Shown in pieces: positions 21,850 to 33,426 of a stretch of 64,000 nt of DNA; within the stretch, counting starts at the first letter, position 1, and every line of letters starts with the position of its first letter. The position numbers and the translations under genes are program-made. Source of the DNA: Mayamaea pseudoterrestris (lineage: Eukaryota); the NCBI GenBank assembly GCA_027923505.1, contig BROI01000012.1:186001-250000 (forward strand), given 5' to 3'. The notes below the pieces were generated by a model. It saw only the letters and a program-made list of their open reading frames with translations, did no database searches and was not told the DNA's origin.

Positions 21850-24800
21850 TTAATTTGTAAATGTACGGTACCATTGCACAAGGGCGTCAAATCCTCCATC
21901 CAAAGTCTTGACCAAAGACTCATCCAAGTTGAGGATTCGCGCATGTAGGGGTGCCTGACTTGCAGGTGCAAGCTGGCGCAGCTGGAGTTCAAATGCTCGC
22001 TTATCATCATATGCTTTTCCCTTGCCAATGCTCAAAAACATTTCACGTGACAAAGGAATGTCATCAGCCACTGCAAAGCACTCTCGTGTTTCAGCCCGAG
22101 AGAAAGCAACTTGCTCCAACCCTGGTGAGCGCCGACTTTTTCCTTCTGGCATGCCAATGACAACCTTTGGCCAGATTTGTGAAGCACCAACCGTCATTCC
22201 TTGTGACTTGTTTATTGAAATGGCCTTGCAAATGCGGAGTGGAATTGTTGTCTGAGAGCAACACTTCTTGTCACACCGTTGTGTGAAAATGGGCACTGGG
22301 ACAAGTGTTGGCTGCTCTGGCTTCCAGGCCTTGTCCACAGGAATGGTTGACGTAGGAAAGTCAACTATTACAGCAACCGGCAGTGTGCCAACTTGGCGTG
22401 GCCCATCAGCATTGGCATAGACAATGTCAATAATAGTGCCAACTGAGCCATTCTTCAAATCTTGCTCCACCACATAGTTTGTCAATAACATGACACGTGC
22501 ATTTTTGCAAAGTGCATTCTTGACTGGTAGCTTGAGTTCTTGCTTGGCATGTTGAGCACGATTAGCCTTGTACTGGTACTGGCAATCAATGCGGGCTGCT
22601 GGAGTATTCAGCTCCTTCAGGTACTGAACTGTTGATGCCTTGGTCCGCTTCCATGTTGGCATGATGTAGATTGCATCTTTCTCAAATAGCTTGCGCTCAG
22701 CTGCTGGTAAAGCTCCAAGCCGGCGGCTGAGACAGTAATCAACAGTTTCATCAGTCATGGTTCCATCTCTCATGCATTGAATGACGTTGCAGAATTGCTC
22801 ATCTGTCTGCCGAATTACCTCATCCATCACCACTGTGACTCCAATAGTGCCACTCCCTTCTGGTGGTTCTTGAAACTCCTTAAACACAAGCCTTCCTTCC
22901 TTGCAAACATTGGTCTTGCCAGTTTCTTTGCTAAAATGAGCCTTTGCTCCAACTGGAGGAAGCTGCTGGCAGTCTCCAAACAGCATTACTAAAGGGATGC
23001 CTCCCCAAGGGCGCGTTGATAGTGCTTGTGGAAGCGAGTGTTGCTGTTGCTCATGTATTCTCTGAAGGAACTCGCTTCCATCTTGTGACAGGTCCATGGC
23101 CTCCAATCCTGGGATGAACATTCGCAGCTCCTCACACCGCGCACGCATGTGTGCCAATTCAGGCCGAGTGGTCATGGAACTTTCATCATTAATGAGTGCA
23201 AATAAGCGGCGCACTTGCAGGGTCATGGCTTGAACCTTTTGTGCTATATTGGTACTCAGTGGCTGTGGCATTTGGTGGCCTTTGCTTCCAGTTGGAAGGG
23301 ACAGTCCACGGATTGTAGTCTCACCCCGGTTAATGCTAGCAGCACATCCAGTTGGTGCCAGATTCTTGTCAAAGCCCATACCAACAAGCACTTTGCGGAT
23401 GCAGTTGGTCAATGTGCGGATTGTAAAGGACTTGCCAGTGCCTGGGTTGCCTTGGGTGTACAGGTGAATGGATAGAGGAAGATCTCCATTGCCAGCAAGG
23501 TAAGCTGTCCAGTCTTTCAACTGCAAGAGAGTTGCCCCAACAATGAGCTTTTGTGCTTCTCCGCGGCAATTTTCAGGGCAGTAGATATTCTCGTCAAACA
23601 GCCAAAACTCATCTTGAATTCCTTCAACTTGACGGCCAAGTAAGTTACTGTAGAATGCATCCTTATAGTTGGCAAGCCAAGTGCCCAAGCCTGGTTCCAA
23701 GCCTTGACTCCAATTATAATCTGGATCATTAGCAAGCATGGCAAAGTCATCATCGTCAAGCTCAGCATCAAGCACGCTGTCTTCATTGGGGGCACAGGCT
23801 GCTGCTGCAGCTGCATCATTGGCTGGATTTGTGCGCTCATCTGATGGTGTTGACTCAATGTCTGCTTGCTCAAACTCAGCACCTGCTTCAGTTGAAAACT
23901 TCCATTTTATTTTGCGTTGGTAGACACTGGTTGACACAAAGCGTGGTAGCCTGGGATCATTGAGATATGCCAGCAGCCGGGGAGCAAAAGTGTTGGTTGC
24001 AGCATCCTTGAGCTCATCAGTGGATTCACGCCAAGGATGATATAGCATGAGCATGAGCTGAGAATACTCCTCTGACAACGGCCATGTAGGTTCCATGTTC
24101 CTTCCAAAAAAGTATGGCACAACCTTTGAGCCTGTAAAGTGATGTGCTGCAAAGATGTAAATGTTGCAATCTTCCAGTTCCACTGCACGCTTTTTGTAGG
24201 CCTTGACAATGGGTGCAAACCGGAACCCTTTGTTGCCTTCCTCACTGTCATCCATGTCTGCAGCAGTGATGGTATTCAAGGAACATTTCTTGACTGGCAT
24301 GGAGTTTGATACATAGTTGCCGCCAGAGAGGAGAAATATAGCTTCATCTTTGGGTATATCACGACAGCCACTCACTTTGCGCATGAAGCTAGCCACAAGC
24401 TTGGCCATAGATGCATGTTGGGCTGGATCAGTACCTGGTGTTGGTGGCCCAGTGTAACCATCAGCTATCTGGTCCAAAACCCTGTCCCACTCAAGACTTG
24501 ATGATGCACCCTTGCAGCAGTACCCAAGGGCATATTTGAGGCAGGTTTCAGCACCAGTTCCACTGTCTAGCCCATCATATCCAGCAAGGTGCAAAGCATC
24601 CCGGCGATCTTCATCAGTGGCACCTGGAGCACTTGGGCAAATCAAGAAAAGCTTGTAGTCCGAATTAGCGCCCCAGTGAAGAGTCAAAATGGGTTCCTCA
24701 ACCACACGAGGGTGGTTCCGCTGCATCAAATACTTGGGCATGCCATTAGCATCCATGATGAGACTGGAGATATCATTTCGCTCAGCTCCACCTGTGCGAT

Positions 24801-27294
24801 CATGGCAAGACCCTCGACCAAACTGCAACCGGTAACCAAAGCCCATTCGACAGTCCTTGGTGACAAATTTGATCATCTCAGCCTCAGTTCCATCAGACAT
24901 TTTGATCAGGAATGGCTCACCGAGAACATCACTGTTGGCTGCTGTATGGATGGTGGGATCATACCTGATCGTCAGCTTTTGGTCGCGCCAACAATAGTCA
25001 CTGCAGCTGTGCAAAAATGCATGGTTGACAATGTTGACTCGTCGCGTATGCAGCAAAAACTCTCGATCAAACTTGTACTTTTGAAGCTCTTTCTGGTCAA
25101 GCACATCAGCTTTTTTCAGCATGTTGGCATGGTCATCTCGGTACCCATCGCCTCCAGCAGGCTCTAGCCACTGTACAGGTGCAACACCAGGATGCATGGC
25201 ACTGACTCCCAGCTCCTCTTCCAGCACCTTGACAATGACATTAGTTGCATGCACCTTAGCCTGGTCAATGTTGTTGCAGTAGTCATCCCATACTTGCTTG
25301 CCATCATCAGTGCTGCAAAGATACTTTTCCCGTGCGGTAAGTGCATCAGAGCCTGGAGTCAAAAGCAATGGACTTACGGCAGTTGATTGTTGTTGGTTAT
25401 TACCGGATGCCTCATTGCGAGTCACATTGAATTGTGCCACTGCAATGTATTCGTCCATGTGCTTCACAGCAGTGTGAATAGTGCTACCCCAAGACTGAAG
25501 TGCCTGCTGAAGTGCCGTGTCAGATTCACTCTCTGTCAGACCAACGCAATGCTCATGAATTGCACCTCTGGATTTGGCAAATTCCACACGCCCCAAGAGT
25601 TCCTTCAAGCCAACAACTGGAGCCAGAAAGCTTGAGGTCCAAGTCTCCATTTTACAAGCAAAGTAATGTGTCACAACATGCTTGTAGTCATTGGCAGCCT
25701 TGTGGAAAGCAGAATCGGTTTCAAGCACATCCATTCCAGCTTCTGAGGATTCAACAATCTCAACATACTTGGCCAACAGGTTTCGTAGGAATGGATCATG
25801 GTACTCAGCCATGCTGGTAGTATGGAAGACATTAAACTCTTGGTTGTTGACATAAGAGTGGTAGCGCACTGTTGCCTTGAACTCATTCAGCTTAGATCCA
25901 AAGTACTGGTCAGTTCCTCTAACGTTGGCCACATGGTAGTTGAGTGACCGATGCAAGTCTGACCGCCCTTCGTCTGACTCAATGCGCTCCTTCCATTCTT
26001 GCACAGTTGTGGTTGGGTCTACAGTGTCATCCATCCGTATCGCATGGCTCCCTTGCGACTGAAGTGCCCGTCGTTGCATGTCATTATGGAGGACAAGTGC
26101 AAAAGTAGGGTGCTTGGCAGCAAATCCATCGGACCGCCACATGATCCGTTGGCTCCATTGGGACCAGGCATCCACTGAACGGTCACGGGTAGTGTGCCAG
26201 TTGGTAATATCCCACGGAATTGCCACCACTCCATTGATGAGCACCGGTCGAAAAATGGTTGGAAAGGCTCTAGACCAGCTATATGGAGTGGCTTTCATCC
26301 GGACAAAGTCTCCAAGTGGCAGTGCTTCATTTTGAGGCAAGCGTGCAATGGTTTCATCATCATTCAGATTAACGTAAGGTGGGAGAGGGGCGGGAAGCAC
26401 ATCAGGCAGTCCAGCTGCTTCTGGAAAGTTTGCCAGTGGCTCTGCGTACTCTTGCTCCTCATTGTTGGCAGTTGTTTCAGTGCGGCGAAGCACCTGGATG
26501 GTATCAAGCAAAGCACGCGGTGCATTAATTGCAGCTCCGATGGCTGCATTTCCCAAATCAGTGCGAACATCCACACCAGTAAAGACTTCATCAGCCTCCA
26601 CTCCATTCTGTAAACCTGCTGGGCCTCTGTCACCTTCGTCAGATAGCAGAGCATCTTCTGCAGCAGCACTAGCAGCATCAGTTTCCATGGCATCATAGTC
26701 ACCCATTGCCAAGTCGTTGCTGGGAATTCGTGGAATACTTGGCAGCTGCAGCAAATTGCCATCCTCTGGCCACTCCAGCAAATTTGCTTGGCTTATAGTG
26801 ATATTGGTCCAGCCTGGTACGTGTAGAGTCTCATATAGTTCCAAAGTGCGGCCAATCACAGCTCGACGGCATCGATATGATGGAAGATTGACTACCATTC
26901 CACGCCGCTGACCCTTGCGCTCAACTAGGAGAGTTGCACAATCTGCTGGTAGGTTTGGCAGAATGTGTCGCAGTGTCGACTCTTGAAAAACACAAGAGAT
27001 GTTCCCTTTGCTCCCAATATTGCCATGTTTTAATCGTGCAATGGAAATTAGTGGTGTAATTTGGCGGATTGCTGCTTCTTCGGCTGCCGTCAAACCACAA
27101 AGCAGTGCATCAAGCTCCTTAATTTGCGCTAGTCGCGGATCTGCCAGTAGATTGTTGCCAGCAGGCTCTGCATTCACATATGTTGGTACCATGCCAAAGC
27201 CGTTGCGTGTTGAAAATGGCAATGCTAGGGATAGATTTTTGCTCTTTTGCAGGTCCTTGTTGCATTCGTCGCACATTCGCACCTCCGAAACCAA
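21850..27294 (-). CDS. Helitron Rep/Helicase (DUF6570-like region, HUH-Y2 Rep, PIF1 SF1B helicase); true start uncertain (first ATG 27276)
   Basis: Rep motif 1 FHTTSMAE (~25805-25828), HUH RVEFAKSRGAIHEH (~25549-25590), motif 3 YALGYCCK (~24511-24534). Helicase GNPGTGKS (~23428-23451), APTGCAA, LINDESSM, WGGIPLVMLFGDCQQLPPVG, IRQTD, AISINKSQGMT, QVAFSRA. Confidence 0.93.
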   Translation of the reverse strand: MVSEVRMCDECNKDLQKSKNLSLALPFSTRNGFGMVPTYVNAEPAGNNLLADPRLAQIKELDALLCGLTAAEEAAIRQITPLISIARLKHGNIGSKGNISCVFQESTLRHILPNLPADCATLLVERKGQRRGMVVNLPSYRCRRAVIGRTLELYETLHVPGWTNITISQANLLEWPEDGNLLQLPSIPRIPSNDLAMGDYDAMETDAASAAAEDALLSDEGDRGPAGLQNGVEADEVFTGVDVRTDLGNAAIGAAINAPRALLDTIQVLRRTETTANNEEQEYAEPLANFPEAAGLPDVLPAPLPPYVNLNDDETIARLPQNEALPLGDFVRMKATPYSWSRAFPTIFRPVLINGVVAIPWDITNWHTTRDRSVDAWSQWSQRIMWRSDGFAAKHPTFALVLHNDMQRRALQSQGSHAIRMDDTVDPTTTVQEWKERIESDEGRSDLHRSLNYHVANVRGTDQYFGSKLNEFKATVRYHSYVNNQEFNVFHTTSMAEYHDPFLRNLLAKYVEIVESSEAGMDVLETDSAFHKAANDYKHVVTHYFACKMETWTSSFLAPVVGLKELLGRVEFAKSRGAIHEHCVGLTESESDTALQQALQSWGSTIHTAVKHMDEYIAVAQFNVTRNEASGNNQQQSTAVSPLLLTPGSDALTAREKYLCSTDDGKQVWDDYCNNIDQAKVHATNVIVKVLEEELGVSAMHPGVAPVQWLEPAGGDGYRDDHANMLKKADVLDQKELQKYKFDREFLLHTRRVNIVNHAFLHSCSDYCWRDQKLTIRYDPTIHTAANSDVLGEPFLIKMSDGTEAEMIKFVTKDCRMGFGYRLQFGRGSCHDRTGGAERNDISSLIMDANGMPKYLMQRNHPRVVEEPILTLHWGANSDYKLFLICPSAPGATDEDRRDALHLAGYDGLDSGTGAETCLKYALGYCCKGASSSLEWDRVLDQIADGYTGPPTPGTDPAQHASMAKLVASFMRKVSGCRDIPKDEAIFLLSGGNYVSNSMPVKKCSLNTITAADMDDSEEGNKGFRFAPIVKAYKKRAVELEDCNIYIFAAHHFTGSKVVPYFFGRNMEPTWPLSEEYSQLMLMLYHPWRESTDELKDAATNTFAPRLLAYLNDPRLPRFVSTSVYQRKIKWKFSTEAGAEFEQADIESTPSDERTNPANDAAAAAACAPNEDSVLDAELDDDDFAMLANDPDYNWSQGLEPGLGTWLANYKDAFYSNLLGRQVEGIQDEFWLFDENIYCPENCRGEAQKLIVGATLLQLKDWTAYLAGNGDLPLSIHLYTQGNPGTGKSFTIRTLTNCIRKVLVGMGFDKNLAPTGCAASINRGETTIRGLSLPTGSKGHQMPQPLSTNIAQKVQAMTLQVRRLFALINDESSMTTRPELAHMRARCEELRMFIPGLEAMDLSQDGSEFLQRIHEQQQHSLPQALSTRPWGGIPLVMLFGDCQQLPPVGAKAHFSKETGKTNVCKEGRLVFKEFQEPPEGSGTIGVTVVMDEVIRQTDEQFCNVIQCMRDGTMTDETVDYCLSRRLGALPAAERKLFEKDAIYIMPTWKRTKASTVQYLKELNTPAARIDCQYQYKANRAQHAKQELKLPVKNALCKNARVMLLTNYVVEQDLKNGSVGTIIDIVYANADGPRQVGTLPVAVIVDFPTSTIPVDKAWKPEQPTLVPVPIFTQRCDKKCCSQTTIPLRICKAISINKSQGMTVGASQIWPKVVIGMPEGKSRRSPGLEQVAFSRAETRECFAVADDIPLSREMFLSIGKGKAYDDKRAFELQLRQLAPASQAPLHARILNLDESLVKTLDGGFDALVQWYRTFTN

Positions 27295-28466
27295 CGAATC
27301 CCGTGACCACCCTCTCAGGGGTTAGCGTAAGAGCGGGGGTTCCCCCCGCCATGATGGACAACGTCATTCTTTCAGACTTCGTAGTGACATGGCTTTTTGT
27401 ATTGCCTTGGCTTTTAGGCTTAACCAAAGAGGAATTGGCCTCTCGCCACCATCGTCACCTGTTTGAAGATGCTCCTTTTTCCGTATCATTCCTATTTCGG
27501 CGGCGGATCTCATTCCACATTCACGCAGCAAGACAAGCGATAATACTGCTCACACAAACAGCACCATGACAAACTCTCCCAAATCAGACCAACAGCTGAC
27601 TCGTTCAACCATTGACATTGACCAGCCGTCGCTCGAATGTCTCCTGCGCCAAGGTCTTGTTCGTTCAGTCAACGGCGCGTCGGTGGCGGCGGCGACGACG
27701 ACGAATCCTCGAATCTGCAACCTGGAGGAGGATCTGTCCGATGACTTGGCCTGTTTCTGTGTCGCCTCCTGCATGTGCCAGTCAATGATACACTTTTCGC
27801 CGGCCATGCGTACGAAGCACATTATTGAAACGTCGCTGGCAATTCTTGACAGTGAGTTGCCAGCGCCAGCGCCACTGCTTCCAAGTCGCAGGCAGCAACC
27901 TCATCGCCGCGAGGACGAAAACAGTCATCCATCCAACTAATTGTCACAAAACACATTAACACTGATACTATTTCTTCGCAACGTCGGTTTCCCCGCTTGC
28001 GATTACTGAAAGTATGATTTCGGTGCTATCAGGCTAGAGCTACGCGACACGCGACACCCTCTCCGTATGAATTTTTTGTGCTCAATTTTCGCACCAAGAT
28101 ATCAAATGTTCCCTTCGTAATAAAGTACCAATTCTAGTCTACATTATTTCTTTGCTACTCTGTCCGTCTACAAGATAATTGCTGCTTTGGGAAGGAAACT
28201 TGATTAGCATTCGTCCCGCGGACGCCTTGTTCCGGATATTCGACGGCAGTTGGACCGTGCGTGACCTTATTTCATGTGTGACTCGACAATGGATGCGAAG
28301 AATGCACGTGCAGCGATATTCACTAGAACCCCTGCGTGTCACTATGCTATGCAGCCTTGCCATGTATGTTAGCCTATGGGCAAAGTAGCTCTTTAAACCT
28401 TTGATGTAATGACCACAGAAGTAGTATATTGAAATACAGATAATATTATTAAAATGTGTTCTGCCA

Positions 28467-28533
28467 GGCCCCAGGCTTGTCCACAGTAGCTTGGCTGCCA
28501 TAACCCACTCCAATGGCCAGAGGTGTACACTGA
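28467..28533 (-). repeat. Inverted partial copy of the 174-bp repeat unit
   Basis: GGCCCCAGGCTTGTCCAC (28467-28484) is the exact reverse complement of 34239-34256 and 34065-34082; imperfect similarity extends ~65 bp. Confidence 0.85.
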
Positions 28534-31500
28534 ATGTGCCAGTGATGCACCCTTTTTGGCTACACAGCATTTTGTTTATAATTGATAATCTCAATTCATG
28601 TTTGTTGACATGATGGGCGAGGAATTTGGTCACATGCACCTCATTATCCATCACCATGGATGCTATTGTTGATACTCGGCAGATCCAACAACTTGTTGGA
28701 TCTGCGAGCAGTGCACCTCAAGTGGCAAGTCAGACTGCCAGAATGGCCCACAGACTAAGAATACAACAAACATGAAGTTTAACTAAGAATGGGATGGATA
28801 GTCTTGTCATTTCGGGTGTGGAACCCATCACCATGCCAGGAGACTCTGCACATTCAACAAATGGTTGAATGTGCCAGCAGTGCACCCTTTTTGGCTCAGG
28901 GATCATCAGCATTGCCAGCTGAGCCTTCAATCCCTTTCAATTCATGTTTGTTGACATGGTGGGCTAGATGTTCTGTCACATGCACCTCATTATCCACCAC
29001 CATGGATGCTACTGGTGATACTTGGCAGTTCCAACAACTTGTTGGATCTGCGAGAAGTGCACCTCAAGTGGCAAGCCAACTGCCCAAATGGCCCGCAGAC
29101 CCTAGAATACAACAAACATGGAGTTAAACATTGAATGGGATGGATAGTCTTGTCATTTCATCTGTGGAACCCATCACCATGCCAAGCGATTCCGCACATT
29201 CAATGAATGGGTGAATGTGCCAGCAGTGCACCCTTTTTGGCTACAGGGATCATCAGCATTGCCTTCTGAGCCCTCCAATCCCTTTCAATTTATGTTTGTT
29301 GACATGGTGGGCTAGAAGTTCTGTCACATGCACCTCATTATCCATCACCATGGATGCTACTGGTGATACTTGGCAGATCCAACATTTTGAATCTAAGAGC
29401 CGTGCACCTCAAGTGGCAAGTCCAACTACCCGAATGGCCCGCAGACCCTAGAATACAACAAACATGGAGTTAAACATTGAATGGGATGGATAGTCTTGTC
29501 ATTTCATCTGTGGAACCCATCACCATGCCAAGCGATTCCGCACATTCAATGAATGGTTGAATGTGCCAGCAGTGCACCCTTTTTGGCTACAGGGATCATC
29601 AGCATTGCCCGCTGAGCCCTCCAATCCCTTTCAATTCATGTTTGTTGACATGATGGGCTAGAAGTTCAGTCACATGCACCTCATTATCCATCACCATGGA
29701 TGCTAATGGTGGTACTTGGCAGTTTCAACAACTTGTTGGATCTGCAAGCAGTGCACCTCAAGTGGCAAGCCAACTGCCTGAATGGCCCACAGACCCTAGA
29801 ATACAACAATCATGGAGTTAAGCATAGAATGGGATGGATAGTCTTGCCAATCTAGGTGTGGAACCCATCACCATGCCAACAGTTTCCGCACATTCAATGA
29901 ATGGTTGAATGTGCCAGCAGTGCACCCTTTTTGGCTACTGGGATCATCAGCATTGCCTGCTGAGCCCTCCAATCCCTTTCAATTCATGTTTGTTGACATG
30001 ATAAGCTAGAAGTTTGGTCACATGCACCTCATCATCCATCACCATGGATGCCAGTGGTGATACTTGGCAGATCCAACATTTTGAATCTAAGAGCCGTGCA
30101 CCTCAAGTGGCAAGTCCAACTACCCGAATGGCCCTCAGGCCCTAGAATACAACAAACATGGAGCTTAACTTTGAATGGGATGGACATTCTTGTTATTTTG
30201 GGTGTGGAACCCTCAACCATGCCAAGAGACTCTTCACATTCAATGAATGGTTGAATATGCCAGCAGTGCACCCTTTTTGGCTACAGGAATCATCAGCATT
30301 GCCTGCTGAGCCCTCTAATCCCTTTCAATTCATGTTTGTTGACATGATGGGCTAGAAGTTCTGTCACATGCACCTCATCATCCATCACCATGGATGCCAG
30401 TGGTGATACTTGGCAGATCCAACAACTTGAATCTAAGAGCCGTGCACCTCAAAGGGCAAGTCCAACTACCCAAATGGCCCACAGACCCTAGAACACAACA
30501 AACATGGAGTTTAACATAGAATGGGATGGATAGTCTTGTCATTTTGGGTGTGGAACCCATCACCATGCCAAGAGATTCCGCACATTCAATGAATGGTTGA
30601 ATGTGCCAGCAGTGCACCCTTTTTGGCTACAGGGATCATCAGCATTGCCTGCTGAGCCCTCCACTCCCTTTCAATACATGTTTGTTGACATGGTGAGCTA
30701 GAAGTTCTGTCACATGCACCTCATTATCCATCACCATGGATGCTACTGGTGATACTTGGCAGTTCCAACAACGTGAATCTAAGAGCCGTGCACCTCAAAG
30801 GGCAAGTCCAACTGCCCAAATGGCCCGCAGACCCTAGAATACAACAAACATGGAGTTTAACATTGAATGGGATGGATAGTCTTGTCATTTTGGGTGTGGA
30901 ACCCATCACCATGTGTCAGGAGATTCCGCACATTCAATGAATGGTTGAATGTGCCAGCAGGGCACCCTTTTTGGCTCAGGGATCATCAGCATTGCCTGCT
31001 GAGCCCTCCAATCCCTTTCAATACTTGTTTGATGACATGATGGGCTAGAAGTTCTGTCACATGCACCTTATTATCCATCACCCTGGATGCTACTGGTGAT
31101 ACTTGGCAGTTCCAACACCCTAGAATACAACAAACATGGAGCTTAACTTTGAATGGGATGGACATTCTTGTTATTTTGGGTGTGGAACCCTCAACCATGC
31201 CAAGAGACTCTTCACATTCAATGAATGGTTGAATATGCCAGCAGTGCACCCTTTTTGGCTACAGGAATCATCAGCATTGCCTGCTGAGCCCTCTAATCCC
31301 TTTCAATTCATGTTTGTTGACATGATGGGCTAGAAGTTCTGTCACATGCACCTCATCATCCATCACCATGGATGCCAGTGGTGATACTTGGCAGATCCAA
31401 CAACTTGAATCTAAGAGCCGTGCACCTCAAAGGGCAAGTCCAACTACCCAAATGGCCCACAGACCCTAGAACACAACAAACATGGAGTTTAACATAGAAT

Positions 31501-32601
31501 GGGATGGATAGTCTTGTCATTTTGGGTGTGGAACCCATCACCATGCCAAGAGATTCCGCACATTCAATGAATGGTTGAATGTGCCAGCAGTGCACCCTTT
31601 TTGGCTACAGGGATCATCAGCATTGCCTGCTGAGCCCTCCACTCCCTTTCAATACATGTTTGTTGACATGGTGAGCTAGAAGTTCTGTCACATGCACCTC
31701 ATTATCCATCACCATGGATGCTACTGGTGATACTTGGCAGTTCCAACAACGTGAATCTAAGAGCCGTGCACCTCAAAGGGCAAGTCCAACTGCCCAAATG
31801 GCCCGCAGACCCTAGAATACAACAAACATGGAGTTTAACATTGAATGGGATGGATAGTCTTGTCATTTTGGGTGTGGAACCCATCACCATGTGTCAGGAG
31901 ATTCCGCACATTCAATGAATGGTTGAATGTGCCAGCAGGGCACCCTTTTTGGCTCAGGGATCATCAGCATTGCCTGCTGAGCCCTCCAATCCCTTTCAAT
32001 ACTTGTTTGATGACATGATGGGCTAGAAGTTCTGTCACATGCACCTTATTATCCATCACCCTGGATGCTACTGGTGATACTTGGCAGTTCCAACAACGTG
32101 AATCTAAGAGCCGTGCACCTCAAAGGGCAAGTCCAACTACCCGAATGACCCGCAGACCCTAGAATACAACAAACATGGAGCTTAACTTTGAATGGGCTGG
32201 ACAGTCTTGTCATTTTGGGTGTGGAACTCATCACCATGCCAAGAGACTCCGCCCATTCACTGTCAATGAATGGTTGAATGTGCCAGCCGTGCACCCTTTT
32301 TGGCTACAGGGATCATCAGCATTGCTTGCTGAGCCCTCCAATCCCTTTCAATTCATGTTTGTTGACATGATGGGCTAGAAGTTTGGTCACATGCACCTCA
32401 TCATCCATTACCATGGATGCCAGTGGTGATACTTGGCAGATCAAATAACTTGTTGGATCTGCATGCAGTGCATCTCAAGTGGCACTTCAGACTGCCAGAA
32501 TGGCCTGCCAAGTCTGGAATACAAACTTGTTGGATCTGCATGCAGTGCATCTCAAGTGGCACTTCAGACTGCCAGAATGGCCTGCCAAGTCTGGAATACA
32601 A
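28530..32601. repeat. Tandem satellite, ~347-bp unit, ~11-12 copies, ending in a 77-bp tandem duplication (32447-32601)
   Basis: Anchor GAAT(G/A)TGCCAG at 28532, 28867, 29213, 29559, 29907, 30253, 30599, 30947, 31231, 31577, 31925 and 32276. Confidence 0.97.
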
Positions 32602-32689
32602 AAGTCTTATGTGGTAAATGGATTAAGTTGCAACGGCTTGTCAATTTGGGTGTGCAACCCTGGTTGGAGGCAACATTTTAGCTCATTAG

Positions 32690-33210
32690 GTCCGCACTTT
32701 AGCTCCATAGGTCCATGGTTACTCTTTGGACATCTGCCCTCCCATATAGTTCAGGCTACAGGTGAGCTACAATAGCAATAATTGCTCCAATCTCACCACA
32801 TACTAGTCATAAAGCATAGCCAACCAATAGTGGATAGAAAGGGACTTCAGGAGGTTGTGGTAGAGGGCCACACTTTAGCTCCATAGGTCCATGGTTCTTC
32901 TTTAGACATCTGCCCTCCCATGTAATGCAGGTCATGGTGAGCTACACATGAGATAGCTGCACCAATTTCACTGCAAATTAGCTGCAAAGCATAGCCAGCC
33001 AGTGGTAGAGGACCACACTTTAGCACCATGAGGATCATGCTAACTCATTGGACATCTGCCCTCCCATATATTAAGGCTACAGGTGAACTACAAATGAGGT
33101 AGCTGCACCAATCTCACCACATACTAGTCCCAAAGCATAGCGAGCCAACATTTGATGGAAATGGCCTACAGGGACAGTGGTAGAGGGCCACACTTTAGCA
33201 CCATGAGGCT
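32690..33210. repeat. Degenerate tandem repeat with 176/145/175-bp spacing
   Basis: CACTTTAGC(T/A)CCAT at 32695, 32871, 33016 and 33191; GACATCTGCCCTCCCAT recurs three times. Confidence 0.85.
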
Positions 33211-33426
33211 GCCAATGCTGTCCTACCATGATAGTGAAATAAGGCCATGGCACATTATATTCTCAAATGCATTGTTTTATGAACCATAAAATGATGGGCC
33301 TAGCCATTGTTTCTGCTATGTGCCACCTGCTCTGGCACCCACAAGCAAATGGATAGATCCAGTCTTGCGCACAAACCCAAAAATATACAAGTGACTGCTG
33401 TTTCTGTAGCAGAACTGGGGAGTAGA

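Noticed and set aside
21850..23500. Host PIF1 helicase gene
   Set aside because: It is fused to an HUH Rep domain and lies in a CpG-depleted repeat island, so it is transposon-derived.
28300..28330. Canonical Helitron 3' end (palindrome TGCACGTGCA followed by CTAG)
   Set aside because: Wrong strand and side relative to the Rep/Hel ORF, and the stem is too short.
28139..33038. Many short ORFs within the satellites
   Set aside because: They recur only because the DNA repeats; most unit lengths break frame and stops are frequent.
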